Shown piece by piece: positions 33,930 to 44,874 of a stretch of DNA of 44,874 nt. This DNA comes from Phoronis australis (taxonomy: Eukaryota; Animalia; Phoronida). Within the stretch, counting starts at the first letter, position 1, and each line of letters begins with the position of its first letter. Position numbers and translations under genes: made by a program. The notes beneath the pieces are model-generated. The model made no database searches, was not told the origin of the DNA, and was given only the letters and a program-made list of their open reading frames with translations. Location of the stretch: NCBI GenBank assembly GCA_002633005.1, contig NMRA01000562.1, positions 1 to 44,874 on the forward strand, given 5' to 3'.

Positions 33930-36900
33930 GTAAGTTGAAATGCTGGGCAGGGACCGGGGACACAGGAGCCTGGAAGCTGTGGGCCCTATGTGAATGTTGT
34001 GGTTATCTCTTATAGGCTTTCCGTCTGAAAACCTGTTAGTCTCATCCAGCGCGAATAAAAGCATTGATAACGATATTGATGTGTGTAATATCCTATGTAA
34101 TATTCGAGACTAATCTTATACCTATATGATATTCAGAATAGGAATGCGACATCCAAGTCCGTTGGAAGGTATAAATTACTTTGAGGCTGATGTGGTCGTT
34201 CTGGCCGGTGCAACAATAATCCTTCTCTTCCGACGTGCCTGAGTATTACATACTGTTTCTATCATTGATTAACTCTGATTGCCAGTAGAGGTGTGCTGAG
34301 CGATATCAGAATGATATTCTATATGTGTAGGCCTATGCAAAGCGCATTCTACTGATCCGAAGCTAGCTAAATTAACGTCATATGGTCAATATCAGTTTGC
34401 GTACTCAGTTATAATCAATATCAATATAGATATGTAAGATAATTTCAAATAAATAAACACTTACATTGTGAGATAAATAAATAAACGATAAAGCTCTGCA
34501 GGAAGATACTACTGGGGAGTCGGAATTAACAACGCTATGGTACGAAACATGCGGTATCCAGACCCGTAAATCACGGAGGCACCCGTCCTCGGGTAACTTG
34601 CTGATACGGGTCGACGAAGGGAAACGCATATAGGCTCTACATGTACGTATGCGCGTCAAATAAAAATTCTGCACTGTCTGAAGTATTTGAAATACATTCA
34701 ACAAAAAATGAGCAGTTACTGCCACGACTGGGCGAACAAGTGAGAAAATCCAGGAATGGACAAATTTGTAATTAAACTTGTACCAAGCCTTGATATAGTA
34801 AATGACACAATTGTATTTTTATGCAAACACGTTAGCTTTAAACATTTGATTTGCACTGATTTTGAAGTGGGATTGGCTTACGTCGGATTCCATAGGAGTG
34901 CATAGTATTAAAAACCTTTCTTTGTCGGAGTATAGCCATGTTTGTATTCGTATTTAGTTATGTGGTGCAAACAGGATCAAATATTTATTTACTGTCTTTT
35001 GAAAACTGTGTCATTCAAGCTTTCTGAAAGTTACATTTGAAACCTAAATAAGTAGTGCCACAGTGTGACAACTATATCCTTCCATTGAATGAGTTTGTAT
35101 ACTGTAGACTAAAAATGGATTTTTACAATTAAAATATAATGCGTATGATCTAATATTTCCTCCTGTAGACAAAATTTGTTGAACACACGACAATGTCCAC
35201 CACTAATAATTTTCCATGAAATTCTCCCGAGCTCAGTTTCTTTGACGGTCGTTCGCAGCGCAACAATAAAACAGACGCCCAAGAGACATAAGAAAACTAA
35301 TGATTAAAATTACAGCTATAATTTGAGACTATTCGTGTCTCATTCCCAGGCAAAAATAAAATGGCACAGGGACACAGGAATATGTGATGAAGGGTCGTGA
35401 CCCACTCAAATCCAAGCCAATAGCAATGATGAAACACATGTACTAGTAAAACGGAACAAGCGTATGGCACACCCCCGTGAGCTGCTCGTTCATTTTTCGC
35501 AAGTTCTATATACCGAATTACCGTTTTGTCAACCATCTCATGCCTAGTGATTTCACTGCTGTGGCAGTTTTGAAAATGGTCTTCTGTGGAATCAGTGTGC
35601 ATTGTCAGACGCCACTAAAGGGAACATACCGTGTGACCGATATAACACTGCTTGCAGGTTCAACAAATTTTATTATCATTCTGTCTATAAAAATGAACAA
35701 TAATTTGAAAACACGATTGACAGTCAAAATATACCTATTACACACCTATCTTTGGCCTGTTAGGTGCATCTAAAAACTAAATAAGCAGAACCTACACGTA
35801 TATAAATCTCATGATTTTTTTGCGATCTCATTTAAGGAAGCTTAACAATGTAGTCCAAAAGAAAAAATTAACAGTCAAAGTAGGAAACGGTTGATCTGAA
35901 TATTTTCTTTCCATCCTGTCTTTTAAATATGTAAAATACGACATTTCCGCATCGTTTTATCTAAAACTGAAGTTTCGAAAATCATAACTGCTGTAAACAC
36001 ATATTACATGTAAGTTAATTTAAGGCTAAAGTATGTGAAACCATTCTAAATAAGAAGTTGAAACGACTCGTACACGTAGTGATGTAGACCGACTTGTACT
36101 TAGGTAATTTCGGTTACTGGTTAAAAGTGAACCTACGTCGCAGTACATTAATTTTGCTTACCTACGTTTACTTACATTACACCACTCAGTCACGCTCTAC
36201 ATGTTTAAAATAAATAAAACACTTCAGGCGCAGACCTTTGCTGTATTCTGTGTGCTCCAGGATCTCGTCAAAGTCCATTGCACCTAATCACTGTCTCGTC
36301 ATCCAAAGCCGACTTCATCAATCCGCTACGTTTTTTGCTCACAACAGCCGTGTTCAGAGTACCACGCGTACACTTGCTTTAGAATTGCATAGATATATAG
36401 AGTGTTCACAATATAAAACTTTGAACTGGTTTGTCGCATCGTCTTCTGTCTCACAGGTGAAGAACTTATTATCCATAGTACGCCAAGCAACCTTTAAACA
36501 AGACATGTCAGATGAAATATTGTGGCCAGAAGAAAACGGCACACGTTTCTTTTTTTAATCAGATCCAGATAATGACTAGGGATTCCGACACAATGGCTTT
36601 TAGCGTTTTCGAAACCTCGTCGTTGTAATCGTAACATTACGACTGCGTCTGTGTAGTTGTGGTTCTTGGCCAGGTATAAAAACGGAAGTACTTAAGGCTT
36701 AATAAAAGATATTTTGTTTTTCCCTTAGCACATCTCACTGTTTTACTTTTTAACCCTGTCGTCGTCGCCAATTAGTCGTTTCTCTCGCGGTCGTCACTCA
36801 TTTTTCTCTCCCCGGTCGCTACGCGTCGTCGATCCTACTCTACAAATCTACTGCGCTCCCAATGCGAGTATTCCAACAATTTTCTGTCACCCTATTATGA

Positions 36901-38085
36901 GGCCTTGAAAATGTCATTTTAAGACACTGATAAGGTCAGTTTGTTGAATAAATTACTGCTGCAATACTACCATTGTTCATGAGCAGCCTGGCATGAACTG
37001 TCAGTTTAGTAAACAAAACGTGAACTCGCGTGAACAAATTCCCCAGTATTAATCCAAAAATTTGATGCTTCTCAGAATCCCTGCACAGTTGTGACCCAAT
37101 GTAAAACTTCCTCGAAGTAAAAATTTGTCTGAAAAAAAATCAGGCAGTTTTCATATGGAAACGCTACAATCTATTTTCTCAACCCCTGAAGAGGGAAGTT
37201 CGGGTGCCTGTTGAGTGGTGCGTTTGGTCATATCGCAACCTTTTTGAATATCTATTTGAGTAACCAATGCATACGTCATTGCTTCACAGTTCAGGCTTAA
37301 AGAGTTCTCAAAGTTTCGATTTCCGTTTTGGCTACGTTCGCCATATCTCTAGATTTTTTATATGATCAGAGGTAAGACAATGCCAACAATATCCAGACAA
37401 GCACCGTATATGTCGCGAACCCCAGTACCGTTATGGTAGTATTGCCTTTTGAGTGACCAAGCACCTCATGAAACTGTGTATCGCGCTCTTAATGGCTTTT
37501 TCAGTAAGCTGGGTGTTTATTTAGGAATTGGGAAGGGGTATAAAAATCGTGTCACGTCCAGTTGCCCAACGTTAAGGTTGTTGTGACACACACTGTCGCA
37601 CTTGACACATATTGTCGCGCGGGTAACAATATATGCCGAATGCGACTTTATATGACGTCTGCATCTACCTACATTGCCGCCGGGTGACAGTATGTGTCGG
37701 CGTTCACAGCATACATTGTTAATCGGGCTACAATACACAAATCTACAGTAGGTAGACCTACTGTTAAAAAATAAGCTCCTGTTCGAGGTATTATCCGTTA
37801 GCGTGCTTGTTACATAGTCTGCGTACTAATTTTTAATTAATTAATTAACAGATGTATGGCGCCTTTGTTGTTATCCTGCTAGTGACCCGTCTTAAATTCT
37901 GACAGGGTGGAGGGACCCCCTAGACCCCTGTATAAGTCCGCCTATGTGATACTGGTAACGAAGACGAAGTACAGTACCGGTCCAATAATGCACTCATCAG
38001 TTGCGAAACTTCTAGTTGAGATTAATTTGTGTCTGTGGGTAGACAAAATAGTAGGTGACGTGTGTATGTTTGTTTGTTTGTTTGT

Positions 38086-38131
38086 NNNNNNNNNNNNNNN
38101 NNNNNNNNNNNNNNNNNNNNNNNNNNNNNNN
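38086..38131. other. Assembly gap preceded by (TTTG)n microsatellite
   Basis: tgtttgtttgtttgtttgt then n run. Confidence 1.
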
Positions 38132-38918
38132 TGTTTTGCATGTAATGCATGAGGATATCTCGCGAAGACTCGCTTGATCTTGGGGTTTCGAGAGTTTCTG
38201 GCGTCAACGGAGTGCAGCTCTGAATAAAGACTGGTAGCGAAGATTTTCATTGCTTGATGTAGCGGCATTGATCATAAAATCTATAAAATATGACGGTCAA
38301 CAAAAGCGTTACTTAGTCAGCAACTCAAGACTAGTACTATCTTTCAGATGTCAGAAAATCGTCATTTGTCAGATTTTCTGTGTTGTTCTCGAAAGACTAA
38401 GCTCTATTTTTATTGGCCAACTATTTTCTTTTTCCATTTTCAAAATTCTTTAATAACCAGAAGATAGCTTGTCGAAGATTAGATCACGAAAACAGGTGTA
38501 GTCATCGTTTTGAGACCCTTGCTTTTACTTAAGGTCTCGATCGAGGCATTGGAAGTTTGAGATGCTCTGTTAAATGCATTATTTATAGCTTTGTTAACTA
38601 AAAGAGTAAGCAATGTTTCAAATCAGAAATGTAATCGTAAACAGGAGTTTGGATTCAGTTTGTTACTTAAATATAGATAGCTTCTGGGTTTGTTGTGACC
38701 CAAAATGTCTCATTGCTAGTTATCAGGCTGGATAATTTGGCTTGTCACGGCAGGTTCATTTACGCGCCGTGCAAGGTCTGAAGCAATAGCGAACTAGTTC
38801 AGTTCCAAACCCAAATTCTAAATCACATTCAATCTGTGAAAGAACCAACTGGGAACAGGTTGATGACAGCTAATTGACCTAAATCGAAAGTTAGCGTTCC
38901 TTTGACAAAAGGCCAGCT

Positions 38919-41522
38919 TTACGTCAGCAAATCAATGGGTTCATTATTACCTTTTCGCCAAAACACAACGCCATCTTTTGAGCGGGCGGCTCTTTTCACA
39001 TTCCTGTAGAACATTTCTTGGTCCTTTTCCTGCTCAGGCCAGAGAAAGAACAGGTCTTGGCGCAGTAAGTTTTTGATTGGTCCAGGAAGCTTGCCTATGA
39101 CATAATCTTCTTTAACAATCGGAATTACGAATCCTTTTCCTCGGGGTAAACTCATGCGAATTTCAAAGTTCTGCATTGCGGAGTTTTCAGTGCTTGCAGT
39201 GATCAGGATTACAATTTTCTTGCACAACCCCATTTGCTCGAAGATTTCTTCAAATTGGCAGGTCCCTGGGCGCGAGTTACGAGGCCAGTAGAAGACCTCT
39301 AGGCCACAATTATTCAATCCCGTGAAAAGTTGAAATGCAGTATCTCTGTCATCCTCACTGAACGAAAGATAAACGTCATAATAGAGGGCATTTGCTTGCG
39401 GATTACCTCTGTTTTTCAATTTTCTCTTAGTTAAGTGCACCAAGTACTTGATATTCCATCGACAATAAAGAACGATCACAACGCTGATTAAAATGGCGGA
39501 TACCACGGTCACGCACAAAATGACAAATATCTCGTACATGCAGCTGAACTCCAGACCAGAAAGGCCAAGATGAGCAAGTTTCACGCGTACACCATCTCTG
39601 GTACATGCCAATTCCTGTTTGCCTTCAAGATCTGCGAGGGATTTGTTCTTTTGTATCATTTCGTAAAATTCCTTATTTTCACAGTTATGACAGTCGAGTT
39701 CATCGAGACCACTGACATTTACTTTTAGAAAAGACGATGTTTTGAAAAACTTAACCTGATAGGCTTTGAATTCTTGAATCTTACAATCACCCACATCTAC
39801 ATAGCTAATTTGGGGGAATAATGAAAAGTCAAACTCGAATGTAACTAAAGGATTATAACGTAGATTCAAGGTCACGAGCGAGGTGCAATTCGAAAACATG
39901 GCTTTTGGAACCGTTGTCAACAAGTTGTCAGCAAGGTCAATTTTCCTGATGCTTGGGAGATTACTGAAAATCGCTTCGAGATAACTTTCATTTGTGAACA
40001 GACCAAAACGATTACTAGCAAGCTGTAGTGTTTGGAGAGAGGGAAAGTCGCGGAAGAAACCCGAGTGAACAAACTCGAGATTATTGTGCTCAAGATTAAG
40101 GTACTTCACACCGATCAGACCATACACCGGCCAGTCTAATCGACGGATATTCAAGTAGGACAAAACGACTGTAGTTAGGGCACTAAAGTCCAAAAAAATT
40201 TTGATTAATCCATGATCATCAGTGTATGGTTTTGACACATTCATGGGCCCTTTGGTGGAGTAAGTGAACTCCAATCCGTTTAGATGGCTGATTATGAGGG
40301 TCTGCAAAGGGTACTTGTTCTTTAAGTACGAAGTCGTTGAGACAACGTTTTCCTGTTCTTCCGTGTGTTCAACACTTTTGACTTGTTTCCAGAACTCCCA
40401 GTTAACGTCAGCGGAGCAAACATTGGGTTTGTTATCCAGTGTTAAATGGGACGCAGAAAAAGTTTGGTATTTAGTAGCGAAAACTAATTTTAAATAAAAA
40501 TTGTTGTCGGGTGCGTCTCGAATATGGACTGGGTTGTAATCTATGTTCAGGTACTTAACGGAAAGAATGTAACGGTAGAATCTCCTCATTGTTGTGAGAG
40601 AATTGTCACGAATGGAAAGACTCACTAATGGAACATGGTGCAACGGTTTAAACTGGTTATCTTGAAGCTTGAGACATCCGTCAGTGCGTTCATAAACGCC
40701 ATCAAGATTAAGAACACGGAGAACAGTTGAATTTTGAAAACTTGGGAGGATTGGAGCAAACAAATCCGGGTTTGTGTTTTTGGTGAGAGGACAAGAATAT
40801 TCTAAAGCTTGGAGACTGTGTGCAACAGGTAGCAGTGCCAGAGGATCTACCGTGTCGAACTGTACTCCTCGTAAAGACAGTACTTTGACTGAAATGTTAT
40901 GTAATACATTAAAGGTTTCTCGATCCATTGACTGGAATTTGGACCCTGCAAGATCTAGCACTCTGAGATCTTTCATTGAAGCCAAAGATTGAGGAATATG
41001 ATAATTGTCTATGCGAAAGGAAAGATATTTCAGCTGTCTTAAGTCGTAAAACGCTCTGTTCAGACAGGACGGGTGACTTGAACGGACCATTCGCATACGT
41101 AATTCCTGGAGAGATTTTAAATGACGGAACGGTTTCGATTTGCAACTTATGTCAAGAGACTCGGCAACCTTTTCCATGTTCAGAACTTTCAGGGATTCCA
41201 GCCCGCGAAAGCTGTTTAAGTAAACAGCGAAGGAGTGATCGTCTGCGTCTACCATGAATGACAGGTCAAGCTCACGTAGCATTGAAAACTGTCGCAGTGA
41301 GTCATTAGGAATATTTCTGACTTTGTTCCCGCCGACTCGAAGAACGGTTACGTCTTCAGGAATCTGAAGATTGTTCAAGGAAAGAACATTTCTGTTGGTA
41401 CACGTGACTGTGACGTCAGTGCCATTCCTTTCACATATGCACTTGCTATCGCACTTGGGAGAGCTGGCGTTGGATTTGACTATTGTGCCCACGCTCAACA
41501 ACAACGCAAGTACGACACGCAT
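38919..41522 (-). CDS. Toll-like receptor, single-cysteine-cluster type, single coding exon, 867 aa
   Basis: ATG at 41522 (the ORF-track start at 41537 is TTG within an acceptor-like ttttgttccattacag). Signal peptide MRVVLALLLSVG, LRRNT CDSKCIC...C, many LxxLxLxxN repeats, LRRCT, TM IFVILCVTVVSAILISVVIVLY, TIR YDVYLSFS...RNSRPG...FE...WP. Confidence 0.95.
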   Translation of the reverse strand: MRVVLALLLSVGTIVKSNASSPKCDSKCICERNGTDVTVTCTNRNVLSLNNLQIPEDVTVLRVGGNKVRNIPNDSLRQFSMLRELDLSFMVDADDHSFAVYLNSFRGLESLKVLNMEKVAESLDISCKSKPFRHLKSLQELRMRMVRSSHPSCLNRAFYDLRQLKYLSFRIDNYHIPQSLASMKDLRVLDLAGSKFQSMDRETFNVLHNISVKVLSLRGVQFDTVDPLALLPVAHSLQALEYSCPLTKNTNPDLFAPILPSFQNSTVLRVLNLDGVYERTDGCLKLQDNQFKPLHHVPLVSLSIRDNSLTTMRRFYRYILSVKYLNIDYNPVHIRDAPDNNFYLKLVFATKYQTFSASHLTLDNKPNVCSADVNWEFWKQVKSVEHTEEQENVVSTTSYLKNKYPLQTLIISHLNGLEFTYSTKGPMNVSKPYTDDHGLIKIFLDFSALTTVVLSYLNIRRLDWPVYGLIGVKYLNLEHNNLEFVHSGFFRDFPSLQTLQLASNRFGLFTNESYLEAIFSNLPSIRKIDLADNLLTTVPKAMFSNCTSLVTLNLRYNPLVTFEFDFSLFPQISYVDVGDCKIQEFKAYQVKFFKTSSFLKVNVSGLDELDCHNCENKEFYEMIQKNKSLADLEGKQELACTRDGVRVKLAHLGLSGLEFSCMYEIFVILCVTVVSAILISVVIVLYCRWNIKYLVHLTKRKLKNRGNPQANALYYDVYLSFSEDDRDTAFQLFTGLNNCGLEVFYWPRNSRPGTCQFEEIFEQMGLCKKIVILITASTENSAMQNFEIRMSLPRGKGFVIPIVKEDYVIGKLPGPIKNLLRQDLFFLWPEQEKDQEMFYRNVKRAARSKDGVVFWRKGNNEPIDLLT

Positions 41523-43068
41523 ACTGTAATGGAACAAAAATAGGTGTTAAGGTTTTTAAGGGTTGAGCTTTCCTCGAGAGCGGAGGGTCACATTTTTGTG
41601 TTTCCTGAGTGAAAATTGGAGCAAACATAAATATTTCCCCGTGAAGTGCTGGGTGAGTCTCACTCTGAACCTCCAGATCGTCCAGTAAATGATGATTTTT
41701 TGACACGTTGAACCATTTCGAGGTGAAGAAGGTTCCTACTTTCCCGCTTTATCAATGAGGACTTGGTCATTGCGTGATATTATGAGAAATGTCAGTCAGT
41801 ATCTTGTATGTATACATGAACGTTATCGTACGAGATTCGCGTTTTTTAGAATTTTTTACTCTGAACACAGATTTTAAAATTACTGTTCCTCCAATAGTAT
41901 TGGTCAACATGTTGATAACGACATTTTTGAGGAAACCATGACTCACATTTTTGAAATAGGTCCAAGTTCTTCGGAACGAACCCTTCAAAAATCAAGAGTC
42001 CGGCCTCTTTGCTCGAAATGTCGGTAATTAAAAAGGTAAGACCTATTTCAAAAATCTGAGACACAGTTCTCTCGAAATTGCCGTTATCAACACGTTGACA
42101 AAAAACAATATGATTGATGGAAAATATGTTTAAAATCTATGTCCAAAGTCACAAATGTTTTACTTAAAAACGCATATCTCGTGACAAAATAAAGACAAGT
42201 AAATAAGAGTAATAAATTTTGTTTGGAAATTTGTTCACCTTTCATAAAATAAATACTTTGTATGGGTTAGAGCTAACAGAGTTTATAATATTTACACATA
42301 AGTACAGGCTGGTAAATAAGTTTCACAGTTACCTTAAACCGTGGAAAACAATTTTGCCAAATTTTGCAAATTAAAATCGTAACTGTAGTAGTTACTAGTC
42401 CTGAATGAACCAAAATACAAAAAAAACATTTAATGAAAGACGTCGACAGTATATGCAAAAATGTGGACATTTTATACGCACACATGCCTTGCGCTATTCG
42501 CCATCTTGTCGTTGAGTTATACTGCCGTAAGTTATGGTCGTGATTTGAGAAAATATGTCATAAGTTAACCTAGTGACATAGGTTCAACTTGAATGCCATA
42601 GGTTTATTTAGAAACGAGACCGACCTTCTAAATCTTAATTCGGCGGAACCCGAAACTTACGTGGAAGTCGCCATTTTGCAGGTGGTCTTTTTCATCAACT
42701 AATTTCTTTAATTATGGGTTGCTAATTCGTGTACAGGAAACGTGAACAGAACGGAGCAGGACAAGGTAAAGAAGAGCAGAGCAGGGCAGAGCAGAACAGA
42801 TGGTGATCAATTCACAATCACAGCTTGCAAAAACTGCAAGCAAAGCCATCACTTTTGAATAGCAGTGGTCTGTGACTTGTAAGAACGAGAACCACGGGGC
42901 TGGAGGTAAAAAAAGAAAGGAGAATTGGAGAAGCGGAAAGAAGAGATAATTTTTGGAGAACAGAAGCGATTGCTATCTCACAATGGGGCATATGTACTGA
43001 CAGTGTTAGTGTCATGGCTGGCCTGTTATCATCAACAATGTTTAGTTGAATGATGGACGTCTTTTTAA

Positions 43069-43404
43069 CCCATACGAAAATATTATAGGATCCTATTGAA
43101 TATTTTCGAATGGGATCTATAGGATCCTATAGGAATTCCTATAGGAAAATCCTATTGGATCCTATAGGAAATCCGATATGATCCAATAGGATTTTTCTAT
43201 CTAAAATGGACAGTTTCTCAACCGGACAACAGGAGTCACTGAAAGGCAATTCAATGAACAGTTATCTTTATAGGATTCCTATAGGATATTGGGCCAAAAT
43301 TCAATTGGATTCTTATTGGATCCTATAGGATATCCTAATGGGTTCATATGGGATTCCTATAGGATATCCTATTGCATCCTATAGGATTCCTATAGGATAT
43401 TGGG
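43069..43404. mobile_element. Non-autonomous element with CCC...GGG ends and palindromic CCTATAGG subterminal arrays (CACTA/EnSpm-like, tentative)
   Basis: aa|ccc...ggg|aa; many ggatcctatagg/ggattcctatagg units in two blocks. Confidence 0.6.
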
Positions 43405-44608
43405 AAGTTTCTGCAAGTTGTCAGTATGTTTTTATTTGTTATGCAATTTATCGTTTTGCATACCACCTGCTACTTCATTTATCCCTCTTTCGAGCGACAT
43501 AACTTGCCAAAATATGGTCTGTTTAGATTTTATGTTACAAATTTATATTTATAAGCAAACAACCATTACAGATCAAGCAATGGAATGTTATACTACAGTA
43601 TGGCATCGAAAAGCTAATCAATAGTAGGCTTACGCCTCGGTGACCATGTCATGACGACCACGTTCTACGACCCGTATAGTAGTAGCGGCGTCCACTGTTA
43701 GGCACATTTGTAACACGTCCTTGTGTTAATGTCTATGAAAATGCTTGGGGAAAATTCATTCCAGTGTATCGTGAAATAATCGCTGTTTTTAGGATGCCCA
43801 TTAAACACTCCGCTGTTTCACAGTCTAACACTTAAAGCGTATTCCTGGGGTTTAAAAAATAACACATCTATCTGATCCTGAATTGTCGAGTGAGCAAACA
43901 ACTCGTATCACATGCGATGCGTAAACGTGACGTAAACTGGACTGGTAACCAACTTTCTACCGGCTGTGAAAATCTTGAAGTTAATGTAAGTTTTCTACAT
44001 GTTCTGAAACTTAATTCCCAATCTCATTACGTGATGTGACCCTCCCTGTAATGGTGGGAATAATGACTTTGCCTCTGAATCAACCGCGAGAGGAATTATA
44101 TATTATCATTCTTGAATATACCGTGATCACAGTTCCAGCCGTTATTAGCTGCTTTGAATCTGAGACTTATAAACATAAATTACAAAGAGTGATATTACCA
44201 ACAAAAGCCTCGATGAAGCTATGCAGGAAGTATACACTCAGCTGGAGACAAGGTTTGTACTGAGAAATGAATCCTGATCCGCAAAAATGAAGTAATCACT
44301 AAATTACGAGCAAGTACATGCGCGCACCACCATAAAATATATGGGGGTTGGGCTCAAAATTTTCAGCATGTGGACCTTTTACTGAAAAAAAACGTGGACT
44401 AAAAACGGAGACTAAAGAAACGGGGACTACGCTCAGACCTATTAATTGTGCCTTTGCGTCGAATTCCTGAGAAAATTTGTCTCGTTTTCTCGGACCTTTA
44501 GTTTCTCGGAGGCGGACCTTTTTGCCCACTTTGCCAAATGGGGGGGGGGGGTTCGTTCGAGCCCCCCATGAATTATCGACGGAAAAAGGATGAACAGCTG
44601 AATACCAG

Positions 44609-44733
44609 CCTCCCGTTGAGTAACGCTAGGACCTCGCTAAAAAGCAAGACTTCGTGTATTTTAAATGAGAGCAGGTGACTTTGATAAGATTTTAGCTAGG
44701 TCCTAGCGTAGGTCCTGGCGTTACTAAACGCAG
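44609..44733. mobile_element. MITE family A copy
   Basis: cctcccgttgagtaacgctaggacctcgctaaaaagcaagac...taggtcctggcgttactaaacgc. Confidence 0.85.
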
Positions 44734-44874
44734 ATCTCTAGCTCTCTCAAGCTCGTGGAGTTAGACAAATACTCACGAGGAAATTGTTTGAAAATAAGTG
44801 GTGTCGAGAAAAGATAACGAAAGTATACGGACAGTCAATGAAGTGGTGACCTAGTGAAAAAATGTATCAGTAAA

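Noticed and set aside
33930-34015. Extension of the P450 ORF to 104 aa
   Set aside because: Intron read-through after the gtaagt donor
40264-41706. Short ORFs overlapping or just upstream of the TLR
   Set aside because: Shadow or alternative frames with no recognisable domains

Overview
AT-rich, intron-containing metazoan DNA, most consistent with a marine invertebrate (inferred from gene and repeat content; the species cannot be fixed from sequence). It has three N-gaps. Host genes: (1) a complete 9-coding-exon clan-2, CYP17-like cytochrome P450 on the minus strand (5143-13222, 501 aa, all introns GT-AG and phase-consistent); (2) SMIM20/MITRAC7 (phoenixin precursor) in a single coding exon (17128-17361, -); (3) an isolated first coding exon of a second P450 (33701-33929, +); (4) a single-exon Toll-like receptor (38919-41522, -), possibly lying antisense inside intron 1 of that second P450. 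Much of the remainder is transposon-derived. It includes a THAP-encoding TIR element (875-2042) and a degenerate 9.3-kb Gypsy LTR retrotransposon (21575-30913) with both LTRs, a 5-bp TSD, a tRNA-Leu PBS and a PPT. The Gypsy element carries nested Harbinger, Academ and MITE insertions. There are also several MITE families, hairpins and Penelope-type hammerhead relics. I found no convincing wholly new system. The best leads are the divergent TLR, the TLR/P450 nesting, the non-amidatable phoenixin, and a 35-bp hairpin with a 7-bp TSD.
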